DNA of 64,000 nucleotides from Alistipes sp. (GCA_017520545.1 JAFXFM010000003.1:5062-69061); one strand, 5' to 3'; counted from the first letter of the stretch, positions 7,476 through 17,823 are shown. Translations and numbers: made by a program. The notes: generated from the letters alone by a model not told the origin.

Positions 7476-9593
7476 CTATTTGCAAACTGAATCCAGAAGC
7501 ATAGTCATCTTAAAGCTGTCCAACCAACCGCCACTGTGAAGGTTGTACCAAGCGTAATAGGCTTGCCAGCCGTTGATCAATACTTCCCAACTTATAAGTT
7601 TGCCAGTACGCTCATCAACTTTGAGTTGAGCAAACTCTACACCATAGTAATAGAGAGATATAGTGCGCACATTGCCTTTTACCGTCTCCATTCTCTTTCC
7701 TTGTTTGCCAGAGAGATTATTGGTTACATCGCGAATAAATCCAATAGGCGTTCCCTTGGCAAAACCATCTTGGCTAACAAACGTATTTATCTCTTGTATG
7801 TAGTCTGGGTATTTTTTGATAAGGTATTCGCAGACAAAAATAGACAAGACTGAACGTACAACACTTTCCATTTGTGATGTTAGGCCCTTTGCATCCAGCA
7901 TCTCCTTTGTCCACTTTTCTCCCTCGCTACTCCACGCTGCAATTAATTCGTTAGAACTATTTAACATATAACCGCCCAAGAAAACCGGATTGGCAAGTTC
8001 CTTTATACCACAAGAAACATTAATGCCCAACGATTTAATGAATGGGTGAGCCTGAACATCGTTGTCTGGGTTCCTTGCATAGCCACGGTCGCCTCCTGCA
8101 CCCCACCATACATTACCATTGTCGTATTTAACGTAGGATATGTCATCGGTCTTCTTTGTTATGCTGATATACTCGTGTTTTCTAAGCGACACACCATCTT
8201 TCATTCGTACATACCATTCATAAGGCTTATACTCTCCATCGTAACGACGGTATTTAATATATTCGCCCTTCTTGTCCTTTGGTGTTGTGAGGTATTTATC
8301 GTACTCATCAAATTTGTAACCGTTAGCGAAGTGGCGGTATTTTGCATCGTGCTTCAAATCGGTGATTGCCGGTGCTGCAAGATCAGTAAGCAACTTCTCA
8401 TACTTCTCCTTTGTGAAGTTTTCGGCGGCACACAAACCCATTTTGTCGCCATTCTTATATACGTACTCGCATTGTTCATTAGCCGCAGAGTAGTGGAATA
8501 CAACGCCATCTCGATAAGTGATAGTACAACTTGTGATTTTACCATTTGCGTCAGCCACAAATGTATCGTTCTTACGCAATGCCTTTTTCTCTGCTTCGAG
8601 AGCCTTCATCTCGGCCTCCGTTATACCACCAATGATATTATCACTCTTGCCATCTGCATATATAAGTTTACCGTTGTCAGCATATTTTTTGAAGTCGGCC
8701 CAAGCCCACGTTAATCCTTTGAACGAATGCAGAGTATTGATATCTTTAACCTTGCAATAGTCGGCCAACTCGCCTTCTACGGCACCGATATACTTGTTGC
8801 CATTCTCGAAGGTGTGGGTAATCTTACCTGCTTCGATTACGCTATTTCCGCCTGTAATTTTGTAGCCCTTAATACCATCGCTCGCAACCGAGACAAAGTC
8901 GCCATTTGGTCGAGTTAGTGTGTAACTACTGTTTTGCAAGTTAATTTTTGCAACAGCACCATTCTTGAAGTTTAAGGTTACTGTTGTTGCATCTTGGAGG
9001 ATTTTGCGTTTTATATTTTTGTTGTCAATACGATATTGTGCCACACCATCAACGTCGGTAATTTTGTAAGACACCTTATCGCCAACAAATTGCTTGATGA
9101 TGCCCATAAACTCACTCGGCAGTTTTGGAGAATAAGCAGACTTGAGCACTATAACATAAGCACCATTTTCGTATTTCATCGTTGCTTCACCAACAATAGG
9201 TCTATTGTTGAATTTACCGTTCTTAATGGTAATTTCGAGGAACTTGTACTTCGAAGCGGCTTTAATCAGTTTTATCAAAGCCAAGTCAGATGATTGGGGC
9301 TGCTCTTTAACCTCTTTGTATATACTCATCGAAAAATCTCCGGTAATGACGCGCTTGTGCTCTTTGAGAATGAGTTTTCCATTGGAAACTTCTAAATTGT
9401 TGAATTCACCCGAGAGTGTTCCGCAAAAGCCCAATGTTAAAGTACCTTTGCCCAGAGGCTTGTTTTTCAGAGTTACACCCTCGAACACTGCATTATCTGC
9501 AATTTTAACGGTCTTTACTTTTGGCTGCGGTGCGGCGAAAGATGAGCCAACACAAACTGCCACCGCCAAAAGCGATAATAATAGTTTTTTCAT
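7476..9593 (-). CDS. Secreted hypothetical protein with degenerate MORN-like beta-hairpin motifs
   Basis: Signal MKKLLLSLLAVAVCVGSSFA; recurring G-x-(L/I)-x-Y-x-(N/D)-G motifs (EATMKYENG, KITHTFENGNKYIG, GKLIYADG, TITYRDG, YVYKNG, VKYDNG). Confidence 0.7.
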   Translation of the reverse strand: MKKLLLSLLAVAVCVGSSFAAPQPKVKTVKIADNAVFEGVTLKNKPLGKGTLTLGFCGTLSGEFNNLEVSNGKLILKEHKRVITGDFSMSIYKEVKEQPQSSDLALIKLIKAASKYKFLEITIKNGKFNNRPIVGEATMKYENGAYVIVLKSAYSPKLPSEFMGIIKQFVGDKVSYKITDVDGVAQYRIDNKNIKRKILQDATTVTLNFKNGAVAKINLQNSSYTLTRPNGDFVSVASDGIKGYKITGGNSVIEAGKITHTFENGNKYIGAVEGELADYCKVKDINTLHSFKGLTWAWADFKKYADNGKLIYADGKSDNIIGGITEAEMKALEAEKKALRKNDTFVADANGKITSCTITYRDGVVFHYSAANEQCEYVYKNGDKMGLCAAENFTKEKYEKLLTDLAAPAITDLKHDAKYRHFANGYKFDEYDKYLTTPKDKKGEYIKYRRYDGEYKPYEWYVRMKDGVSLRKHEYISITKKTDDISYVKYDNGNVWWGAGGDRGYARNPDNDVQAHPFIKSLGINVSCGIKELANPVFLGGYMLNSSNELIAAWSSEGEKWTKEMLDAKGLTSQMESVVRSVLSIFVCEYLIKKYPDYIQEINTFVSQDGFAKGTPIGFIRDVTNNLSGKQGKRMETVKGNVRTISLYYYGVEFAQLKVDERTGKLISWEVLINGWQAYYAWYNLHSGGWLDSFKMTMLLDSVCK

Positions 9594-9886
9594 TTGTGTA
9601 AGAATTTAAAAGTTAATAAAATGTTATGGTGTTGTTGTAGAATCCATTCAGAGCCTATTACATATCCCATAGCGCAAAGATATGGATAAAAAGCGTTGCT
9701 GCTATGGTCCTTTTTAGCCCTTTTTAATTGGACGACAAATTCGTGCAAAATTTACCAATCAGGGAAAGGCAAACAAAAAATAGGGCGAGAAACGTAGATT
9801 TTCTCGCCCATTATTTATTCTCTAAAAAGCGCCACTTTTGGCATCATTACCACAGAAAACGGAATACGGATTGTGCGACAACAACA

Positions 9887-9918
9887 AAATCGCCCCACGA
9901 AGGTAGGGCGATTTTGTT
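9887..9918 (-). terminator. Probable terminator of the minus-strand operon ending at 9936
   Basis: AAAATCGCCC-CACGAAGGTA-GGGCGATTTT hairpin. Confidence 0.65.
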
Positions 9919-9935
9919 TATCCGCTATATTGTGC

Positions 9936-11360
9936 CTATTTGACGGCTACGCGAAACGGTTTTGTTAGGCGCGATTGAGCCCCCTCAACTCTAAGTTTCA
10001 CAATCGCGTTTTGGCAGAGCGGTTGCGCCACCTTTATCTTCCTATCCTTCGGAATAAAGCGGAAGCGACGTGCCATACCCTTCTTAGTCGAGAGCGTAGA
10101 TGCGGAGCCATCAGTGTACTCCTCGATTGTACCGGTATAATTCGCCGTAATCTTATATCCATCAGGATCCACCGCATCAACGACGATAGTATAATCCTCG
10201 CCCGACTTGCTGATTGCAACGTTACCTGTGTTGCAGAATGCGTAATCAGCAATCTCGTAACTGCTATTGAGCGTGCACCAATACGAGCCACCGATATAGC
10301 TCTCACTATCGATAAAGCCCGCTACGGCTGTACCCGCATCGAAGGTCGAAGCCAATGGGTAGTTGCCCGTAAAGTCGGTTGCATCGAGCGGTGTCTGCAC
10401 TTCGAGGATAAGCATATCCATACCCTCCTCAGGATAGAGGTCGATATACCAATTTGCCGCATTAGACCCATAGTAATCGCCATAGTTGGTGTAGTAGCCG
10501 TACGACAAGTTGTTGAACGCCTTATCGCTCTTCACCATCTCCAAAGTCTTAAACGGAACGGTTACAACCGATGTGTTTATGCAGCAGTCGGCAGTAACAC
10601 CAAAAGCAATAGCGTAATATTCGCAATTTGGAGTGAGAATGCCGTCGTACAAGTAACTATCCGGTCCCGAGGAGAGTGCATCAGCCAGAGTGTAGCCATA
10701 CGCCTCGTAGGTGTTTTTAACGCGCACAATGTATTCGAGAGCAAAGTCCAGAGGTGAGCCATACTCATCAATAGCGCTCTTCTCGATAACATCGAAGTAG
10801 TAGGTGTCGTTGTTCGTAGTCTCGACACTAATAAGTGCGCCTGTGGCTGTAATTTGCGAAACATCGACAGTCAATACATTATCGCTCGGAGCGGCAGGAG
10901 TAGGAGCCAACGTCTTGAACGACTCCATTGTTACCTTAGTAGTAATCGTACCTTCGGGAGTTACGCCAAAGGCGATAGCGTAGTACTCGGTGTTAGGTTC
11001 GAGGTTGCCTTGCTCGTATTGCCAAGCATCCTCGCCTTGCGAGAGATCATCGGCAAAGACCAAATCATACTGCTCGTATATTGATATAAGTTGCGACACA
11101 TAGTCGGCAGCGAACACCTCCGGAGTATCGTAGTGAGCCATAACATACTGTGGAACAACATCGAAGAAGTAGGTGTCGGTGTTGTTGCTTGGCGTTACTG
11201 CCATATAAACACTCGAAGAGGTGATGTCCGAGAGTTGAATCGTAAAGGTGAGAGCTGGTTTTGGACCGTTGTTTTCGCCACCATTACCCTCGTTGTTCGG
11301 GGTACAAGCAATGCCGCATACCGCTAACACCACCAGCATAAGATTCAATAATTTTTTCAT
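9936..11360 (-). CDS. Surface lipoprotein: two Fn3-like repeats, an unnamed beta-domain and a basic tail
   Basis: Lipobox GIA-C; two ~105-aa repeats ending N(T/C)EYYAIAFGVT...FKTL; C-domain homologous to 41764 and 42991 proteins. Confidence 0.8.
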   Translation of the reverse strand: MKKLLNLMLVVLAVCGIACTPNNEGNGGENNGPKPALTFTIQLSDITSSSVYMAVTPSNNTDTYFFDVVPQYVMAHYDTPEVFAADYVSQLISIYEQYDLVFADDLSQGEDAWQYEQGNLEPNTEYYAIAFGVTPEGTITTKVTMESFKTLAPTPAAPSDNVLTVDVSQITATGALISVETTNNDTYYFDVIEKSAIDEYGSPLDFALEYIVRVKNTYEAYGYTLADALSSGPDSYLYDGILTPNCEYYAIAFGVTADCCINTSVVTVPFKTLEMVKSDKAFNNLSYGYYTNYGDYYGSNAANWYIDLYPEEGMDMLILEVQTPLDATDFTGNYPLASTFDAGTAVAGFIDSESYIGGSYWCTLNSSYEIADYAFCNTGNVAISKSGEDYTIVVDAVDPDGYKITANYTGTIEEYTDGSASTLSTKKGMARRFRFIPKDRKIKVAQPLCQNAIVKLRVEGAQSRLTKPFRVAVK

Positions 11361-11379
11361 AATCGTAAATTTAAGTTTT

Positions 11380-11982
11380 TTATTGTAGTTTTGCCGAAAT
11401 CAGCGACATAAACTCCTCACGAGTACGAGGATCCGAAAGGAATATGCCGGTAAATGCCGAAGTGGTAGTTTTCGAGCCCTGCTTCTCCACGCCACGCATC
11501 TGCATACACATATGCGACGCCTCAATAACCACAGCAACGCCAACAGGATTGAGGGCTTGCTGTATGCTATCACGAATCTGCACGGTAAGTCGCTCCTGCA
11601 CCTGCAAGCGGCGTGCAAAGCACTCCACCACGCGGGCAATCTTCGACAGACCCGTAATTGTGCCGTTAGGGATATAGGCGACGTGTGCCTTACCCACAAA
11701 TGGGAGCATATGGTGCTCGCACACCGAGAACAACTCGATATCCTTCACCACAACCATCTGCTTGTACTCCTCCTTAAACATCGCCGATTGGAGAATAGCT
11801 ATCGGGTCTTGCTCATATCCCTTTGTGAGGTACGACCACGCCTTCGCCACGCGCTCAGGGGTTTTAATTAGCCCCTCACGCTCGGGGTCTTCGCCAAGGA
11901 GTCGCAACACCTCGCGGTAGTGATATTTCAGTTGTTCAATCTTTTCGAGGTCATATTTGTCCTCGCGTTCGTAATTTGCCAT
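11380..11982 (-). CDS. folE: GTP cyclohydrolase I
   Basis: [49 protein letters not shown]. Confidence 0.97.
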   Translation of the reverse strand: MANYEREDKYDLEKIEQLKYHYREVLRLLGEDPEREGLIKTPERVAKAWSYLTKGYEQDPIAILQSAMFKEEYKQMVVVKDIELFSVCEHHMLPFVGKAHVAYIPNGTITGLSKIARVVECFARRLQVQERLTVQIRDSIQQALNPVGVAVVIEASHMCMQMRGVEKQGSKTTTSAFTGIFLSDPRTREEFMSLISAKLQ

Positions 11983-12031
11983 ATTCTCTATTTGCTTTTA
12001 GCCTTTGGCCATTAGCCATTAGCTTTTTAGT

Positions 12032-12613
12032 TTATATTTCAGCTTGTAAAAATTCTACCAACTTTGCCACTGCTCGACCACGGTGCGAAATAGCATTTTT
12101 CTCCTCTGCCGACATCTCGGCGAAGGTGCGTGTATCGCCCTCGGGCACAAACATAGGGTCGTAGCCAAAACCCTCCGTACCCGACATATGGTCGATAATC
12201 GAGCCATCGACCTTGCCCTCGAAAAGGTACTCCTTACCGCCGAGAATCAATGCAATAACGGTGCGGAAACGAGCCGAGCGATTCGCCTCGCCTTCAAGGT
12301 TTTTCAGCAGCAGAGTGTTGTTAGCGGCGAAGTCGTGCCCTTCACCCGCATAGCGAGCCGAGCGAACTCCCGGGGCGCCACCCAAAGCATCGACCTCCAA
12401 ACCGGTATCGTCGGCAAAGCAGTCTGCACCTGTGCGCTCATAGACATAGCGAGCCTTCTGCAAGGCGTTGCCTTCGAGCGTCTCGGCAGTTTCGGGGATA
12501 TCCTCGGTGATGCCGCACTCACGCAGTGTTTTCAACGCGAAAACCCCTTCGAGCAGAGCCTGCACCTCGCCCAACTTGTGGGCATTATTGGTTGCAAAAA
12601 TCAATTCTTTCAT
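12032..12613 (-). CDS. rdgB: Non-canonical purine NTP pyrophosphatase (RdgB/HAM1)
   Basis: [40 protein letters not shown]. Confidence 0.96.
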   Translation of the reverse strand: MKELIFATNNAHKLGEVQALLEGVFALKTLRECGITEDIPETAETLEGNALQKARYVYERTGADCFADDTGLEVDALGGAPGVRSARYAGEGHDFAANNTLLLKNLEGEANRSARFRTVIALILGGKEYLFEGKVDGSIIDHMSGTEGFGYDPMFVPEGDTRTFAEMSAEEKNAISHRGRAVAKLVEFLQAEI

Positions 12614-12658
12614 AATTTCAAGGCTATTAGCATTTAGCCGTTAGCCATTGGCTTTTAA

Positions 12659-13396
12659 TTATATAAATGTTACAAATCTGCGCTCAATCTCGGCAGTTAC
12701 ATTGCGCTCGGTACCCGCTACATTATCCTTGTAGTGGATATCGACCTTGCCCGACCAGAGTGTTTTATCGGTGTAAACCAGCGGCTCGGTAGCCTCAAAT
12801 TCGATAACATACTCCATACTGCCCGATGCGTTGTTTGTGTCGGTCGAGAGGCCTTTGCACGTCGTGAAGGTAAATTCGTAGAGCTCCTCCACATCGTTGA
12901 ATAAGTACTCCACCTCCGATTGCAGCGCATTGTAGTGTGGTGTGTGAAGGCTGACCTCGCTCTCAATCGAGAACTTCGCATTCTCGCCAACCACACCCTT
13001 AACGATGCCCATCTTCGCAAACTCCATATATGAGTTGTACTTCACATAGACAACCCATTCGCCTCCCTCATTGAGTCGCTTGCCACCGGTGTTTATGCGG
13101 TAGGTTGTTGCGTAGTAGTCGCCAAGCAGAGTGTAACTCAAAGTATAGACACCCTCTTTCTCCGACACTTCTATCGGCTCGTAAGTTTCGCCCCAATCGA
13201 CTCCCAGCATATAGTCGTTCAGCCACGCCACCATTTGTGTGTGTTCGTACTGACCGTTCAATGCGGTTTCAACCCTGCTCCACAATTTCTGATTTGCCCT
13301 ATTAGGGTTTGGCTCGGTGCCCTCTTCGAGTTGGCACGATGTTGCTGTAAAGAGAGCCACAAGGGCAACAATCAAAATCGAAAAATATCTTCTCAT
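12659..13396 (-). CDS. Hypothetical lipoprotein
   Basis: Signal ending TATS-C; beta-rich mature part; no recognised family. Confidence 0.75.
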   Translation of the reverse strand: MRRYFSILIVALVALFTATSCQLEEGTEPNPNRANQKLWSRVETALNGQYEHTQMVAWLNDYMLGVDWGETYEPIEVSEKEGVYTLSYTLLGDYYATTYRINTGGKRLNEGGEWVVYVKYNSYMEFAKMGIVKGVVGENAKFSIESEVSLHTPHYNALQSEVEYLFNDVEELYEFTFTTCKGLSTDTNNASGSMEYVIEFEATEPLVYTDKTLWSGKVDIHYKDNVAGTERNVTAEIERRFVTFI

Positions 13397-13408
13397 AACT
13401 CTGCCCTC

Positions 13409-14080
13409 CTATTTTTTACTGTTTTTACCTGCATCGAAGCGATAGCCCAAGCCTATGCGTGCCGAGCCTGTCATACCGCCGCCCAATTCAACAAAGCCAA
13501 ACACCTTACGACCAAACGAGCAGCCCACAAGAGCCACATCGCCCCAAATGTAGGCATCGTCGAAGTCGGTTGCCACGCCAAGCGAAATCGATGAGTAGAG
13601 TTGTACCTTCTCGCGATAGAACCACACAAAGCGCACCGACGGCATCACTGCCAATGCGTAGCGCGAGAGATTTTCGACCTTCTCGCCCGTAGCAGCATCT
13701 TTACGCCAGCGAGTCGATGCACCAAACGATACCGTACCGCCATATTGCAACCAACGACGGTCGTGATAGGTGTAACTCAACGAGTAGTTACCCACAAAGG
13801 TACGAGGCGTGAGGTAGGTATCCGCACGCTCCATCTCCTGTCGGAAGTCGTAGTAATAATCATCAACACCCACATCGAAGGCAAAAATCGAGGTTACACT
13901 CGCCGCCCCGATGCCTATGCGTAGGTCGTGCTTCGGTGTAAAGTTCGGAATCACCCGCACGGTAGTAACCACCGTTGTCGAGTCGGTCTTCACCACTGTC
14001 TTTGTTCTCTTTTGCGCCAACGTCCCCTGCGCCACAAAGAGCACAGCAAGCAATGCAACAATATATCGGTAAGGTTTCAT
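13409..14080 (-). CDS. Probable small outer-membrane beta-barrel protein
   Basis: Signal peptide, alternating hydrophobic strands, terminal strand IGLGYRF. Confidence 0.7.
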   Translation of the reverse strand: MKPYRYIVALLAVLFVAQGTLAQKRTKTVVKTDSTTVVTTVRVIPNFTPKHDLRIGIGAASVTSIFAFDVGVDDYYYDFRQEMERADTYLTPRTFVGNYSLSYTYHDRRWLQYGGTVSFGASTRWRKDAATGEKVENLSRYALAVMPSVRFVWFYREKVQLYSSISLGVATDFDDAYIWGDVALVGCSFGRKVFGFVELGGGMTGSARIGLGYRFDAGKNSKK

Positions 14081-14154
14081 AATCTTGGTGGCGTATTTTA
14101 ATTGAGAATTTGTAATTAGTTCTCCGTTTTCCGCTTTTTTAGTTTTCCGCTTTT

Positions 14155-14991
14155 TTAGTTTTCCGCTTCAAGTAATGCCAACTTATGGTCGGCAACACAC
14201 TTGTCGATAATCGCCTTAACTACCATATCAATCTCTGTTCCCTCGCTGTAATCGGCCGGGCAGACGTGATTTACTCGATTGTCGCGGATAAGGGTGTGCA
14301 TATCGCTACGCTTCGCCTCGTCCTTCGGGTTGTAGACCGCAATGGAGTGTCCACCAAAGTTCTTCACAAGGCGCATACACGGAATATCGGTCGTTCCATC
14401 GCCCACATATATCATTCGCGAAAATGGCACTGGACGTTGCTTCTCCTCCATAAACCTGTTTACCTGCTTGGTGTCGTAAACCGACTCCACACCCTTGTTG
14501 ATTTTGAAGATAAACTGCGTCTTGTTGGTGTAGTTCACCGCCACACCCGGCCAATAGGCTATGCCATCGACATTGTAGAGGAACGAGCAGGCGTATATCT
14601 TGCGGAACTTATCGGCGATAGGCGTTCCCTCGATAATCTCCTTCAAGCCCGACGAGTTGATATAGTGTAGCACTCGCACTCCGCGCTCTGCACCGTAGGC
14701 GTTGATGCGGTCGAACCACTCCATAACACCCGGATAAAGCTCTACCCTCTTACCCGACTCCTGAAACGCCTCGCGACGCAACGACAACCCCTTGGCGTGT
14801 GCCTCGTGAATCATCAGAGCCATATAGGTCAAAATCTGATCGGCATCCTGCTCCTCGGCAAGACGATTCGACTCGTCCCAAAACTCCATATTGCTCTTGC
14901 CCACAGCGGGTATAAAGTCGTACTCCTGCATATTTCCGGCAGCGAGTGTTCCATCAAAATCGTAGATAAGCGCGATAGTAAACTTCTCCAT
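14155..14991 (-). CDS. HAD-superfamily hydrolase
   Basis: DFDGTL motif I, INSSG motif II, YVGDGTTD motif IV; start taken at MEKFTIAL. Confidence 0.88.
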   Translation of the reverse strand: MEKFTIALIYDFDGTLAAGNMQEYDFIPAVGKSNMEFWDESNRLAEEQDADQILTYMALMIHEAHAKGLSLRREAFQESGKRVELYPGVMEWFDRINAYGAERGVRVLHYINSSGLKEIIEGTPIADKFRKIYACSFLYNVDGIAYWPGVAVNYTNKTQFIFKINKGVESVYDTKQVNRFMEEKQRPVPFSRMIYVGDGTTDIPCMRLVKNFGGHSIAVYNPKDEAKRSDMHTLIRDNRVNHVCPADYSEGTEIDMVVKAIIDKCVADHKLALLEAEN

Positions 14992-15089
14992 CTTGCAACT
15001 GTTTTTATATATATGTGCTACAAATGTAGTAAAATTTTCACTATTTTTGCATTGCAAACTACGGATAACATAAAAATTGGTATAAAATT

Positions 15090-15626
15090 ATGGATTTTAA
15101 GAAGATTTTGGCAAAGCGTCGCAGCGTACGTAAGTTCTCGCCAACTACGCCTTCGCGTGAAGTGCTGCTCGATATTGTACGTGATGCACTCACCGCACCT
15201 TCGTCGCGCAATATGCACACCACCCGCTTTATGATTGTCGATGACCGCAAAACAATCGACAAAATTGCCGAGATGCGCGACTACGGCTCGGGCTTTATGA
15301 CCGAAGCTCCTGCGGCGATTGTCGTTATGGGCGACACTACCAAAACCGACCTCTGGCGTGAGAACTGCGCCATTTCGGCTACGATGTTGCAACTCTCTAT
15401 CGTTGAGCACGGTTTGGCTTCGTGCTGGGTGCACGTAGGCGGTCGTCCGCGCCTCCAAAAAGAGCCCGAAGGAGCTATGGCGGAGGAGTATCTGCGTTCG
15501 TTCCTCGACATACCTGCCGAGTGGAGCGTAGAGTGTGTTATCGCGCTCGGCTACTCCGACTTCGAGCCAAAACCACTCCCGGAGTGGGACGCGGAGGGCT
15601 CAATCATTTGGCACACAAAAGAGTAG
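15090..15626 (+). CDS. Nitroreductase family protein
   Basis: RRSVRKF, APSSRN, A-T-M-L-Q-L ... GLASCW, IALGY. Confidence 0.92.
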   Translation: MDFKKILAKRRSVRKFSPTTPSREVLLDIVRDALTAPSSRNMHTTRFMIVDDRKTIDKIAEMRDYGSGFMTEAPAAIVVMGDTTKTDLWRENCAISATMLQLSIVEHGLASCWVHVGGRPRLQKEPEGAMAEEYLRSFLDIPAEWSVECVIALGYSDFEPKPLPEWDAEGSIIWHTKE

Positions 15627-15910
15627 TTCGCAAAAATGGCGAGGGTCGTTTGAGGCGTTAGGGGTGCGATGGGAAGGTCTAACTCCTGCCCTTATCACGG
15701 CACAACATTTCTGGGGACGCAGTCTATGGCTGCTTTATGGGGGCGGGCGTTCCGCCCTTTATGTGTGCGCTCCCGCTTGTCGCTTTATGGGGTGCGCGGT
15801 ATCTCTTTAACACCCCACTACAATCTGCCCTATAAATTGTATTTATAGCCGCATAGAAATTTTTTTGAAAATTTTAGTGTTAATTTTTTCACAATTCAAA
15901 ATAAAAGATA

Positions 15911-15918
15911 TATCTTTG
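15911..15918 (+). promoter_or_regulatory. -7 promoter element of pckA
   Basis: TATCTTTG about 110 nt upstream of the ATG. Confidence 0.65.
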
Positions 15919-16027
15919 CAGCGGTGAAAAAGGGGCTTTTGCGAAAGCCTCATTCGCCAAACTGAAGAAATTCGGTATTAAGCGACAGAAATACAAGAAG
16001 TTAAACAATTCATAATTCGAAAAAACT

Positions 16028-17635
16028 ATGGCTTTCAAGAAAGAAGATTTATTGAAGTATGGCATTACCGACACTACCGAGGTAATCTACAACCCATCGT
16101 ATGAGCTCCTTTTTGAGGAGGAGACTAAGGAGAACCTTACAGGTTTCGACAAAGGTCAGGAGACTGAGCTCGGTGCTGTTAATGTGATGACCGGTGTCTA
16201 CACAGGCCGTTCGCCTAAGGACAAGTTTATCGTAATGGACGAGAACTCGAAGGATACTATCTGGTGGACTTCGGAGGAGTACAAGAACGACAACAAGCCT
16301 TGCTCGGAGGAGTCGTGGGCAGTGTTGAAGGGTATCGCTCAGAAGGAGCTTTCGGGCAAGAAACTCTACGTAGTAGATGGTTTCTGCGGCGCAAACAAGG
16401 ATACCCGTATGTCGGTACGTTTTATTATGGAGGTTGCTTGGCAGGCTCACTTCGTAAAGAATATGTTTATCCGCCCAACCGAGGAGGAGTTGGTAGATTT
16501 CGAGCCTAACTTCGTTGTTTACAACGCTTCGAAGGCTAAGGTTGAAAACTACAAGGAGCTCGGCCTAAACTCGGAGACTGCTGTTGTGTTCAACATCTCG
16601 TCGCGTGAGCAGGTTATCCTCAACACTTGGTATGGTGGTGAGATGAAGAAGGGTATGTTCTCGATGATGAACTACTATCTCCCATTGCAGGGTATCGCTT
16701 CGATGCACTGCTCGGCTAACACCAACGAGAAGGGTGAGACCGCTATCTTCTTCGGTCTTTCGGGTACAGGTAAGACTACCCTTTCGACCGATCCAAAGCG
16801 TCAGCTTATCGGCGACGATGAGCACGGTTGGGACGACAACGGTATCTTCAACTTCGAGGGTGGTTGCTATGCAAAGGTTATCAAGTTGGACAAGGAGTCG
16901 GAGCCAGATATCTACAACGCTATCAAGCGCGATGCTCTCTTGGAGAACGTAACCGTAGACGAGAATGGCAAGATCGACTTCAACGATAAGAGCGTAACCG
17001 AGAACACTCGTGTTTCGTACCCTATCTACCACATCGACAACATCGTATCGCCTATCTCGGCTGCTCCGGCTGCGAAGAACGTTATCTTCCTCTCGGCGGA
17101 TGCATTCGGCGTATTGCCTCCTGTATCGATTTTGACCCCAGAGCAGTGTAAGTACTACTTCCTCTCGGGCTTCACCGCAAAGTTGGCAGGTACCGAGCGC
17201 GGTATCACCGAGCCTACTCCAACATTCTCGGCTTGCTTCGGTCAGGCATTCTTGGAGTTGCACCCAACAAAGTATGCTGAGGAGTTGGTTAAGCGTATGG
17301 AGAAGAGCGGTGCGAAGGCATACCTCGTAAATACAGGTTGGAATGGTACCGGCAAGCGTATCTCGATTAAGGATACACGTGGTATCATCGACGCTATCCT
17401 CGATGGTGCAATTTTGGAGGCTCCAACCAAGAAGATTCCTATCTTCGACTTCGAGGTTCCAACTGCACTTCCGGGAGTGGATCCTGCAATCCTCGACCCA
17501 CGCGACACTTATGCTGATGCAGCAGAGTGGGAGAAGAAGGCAGAGGACTTGGCAAGCCGTTTCATCAAGAACTTCGGCAAGTACACTACAAACGAGGCCG
17601 GCAAGGCTTTGGTTGCAGCTGGTCCAAAGTTGTAA
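16028..17635 (+). CDS. pckA: Phosphoenolpyruvate carboxykinase (ATP)
   Basis: [54 protein letters not shown]. Confidence 0.98.
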   Translation: MAFKKEDLLKYGITDTTEVIYNPSYELLFEEETKENLTGFDKGQETELGAVNVMTGVYTGRSPKDKFIVMDENSKDTIWWTSEEYKNDNKPCSEESWAVLKGIAQKELSGKKLYVVDGFCGANKDTRMSVRFIMEVAWQAHFVKNMFIRPTEEELVDFEPNFVVYNASKAKVENYKELGLNSETAVVFNISSREQVILNTWYGGEMKKGMFSMMNYYLPLQGIASMHCSANTNEKGETAIFFGLSGTGKTTLSTDPKRQLIGDDEHGWDDNGIFNFEGGCYAKVIKLDKESEPDIYNAIKRDALLENVTVDENGKIDFNDKSVTENTRVSYPIYHIDNIVSPISAAPAAKNVIFLSADAFGVLPPVSILTPEQCKYYFLSGFTAKLAGTERGITEPTPTFSACFGQAFLELHPTKYAEELVKRMEKSGAKAYLVNTGWNGTGKRISIKDTRGIIDAILDGAILEAPTKKIPIFDFEVPTALPGVDPAILDPRDTYADAAEWEKKAEDLASRFIKNFGKYTTNEAGKALVAAGPKL

Positions 17636-17677
17636 TTTCGCGATAAGCCGCAAACCTGCGGTATATCCCAAATAGTA

Positions 17678-17723
17678 GAACCCCGAGCGGTACAATTAAG
17701 TGCCTCTCGGGGCTCTTTTTTTA
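17678..17723 (+). terminator. pckA terminator
   Basis: CCCCGAG...CTCGGGG stem followed by CTCTTTTTTT. Confidence 0.75.
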
Positions 17724-17823
17724 CCATTTTGCAATCAATTTTATACAAACAATTCGTTTGATATTTAACTTTTTGTGATTAACTTTGTCTTATAAGATAC
17801 AATTAACCTTCACAAATTAACCT

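Noticed and set aside
15627-15890. Possible ncRNA between the nitroreductase gene and pckA (short GCTTTATGGGG repeats)
   Set aside because: Only short degenerate repeats and no convincing fold or known motif.
16565-17695. 376-aa ORF antisense to pckA, and similar shadows over the MBOAT, TPR, metG, mrp and nadB genes
   Set aside because: Same codon-bias artefact; the opposite strand encodes well-recognised proteins.
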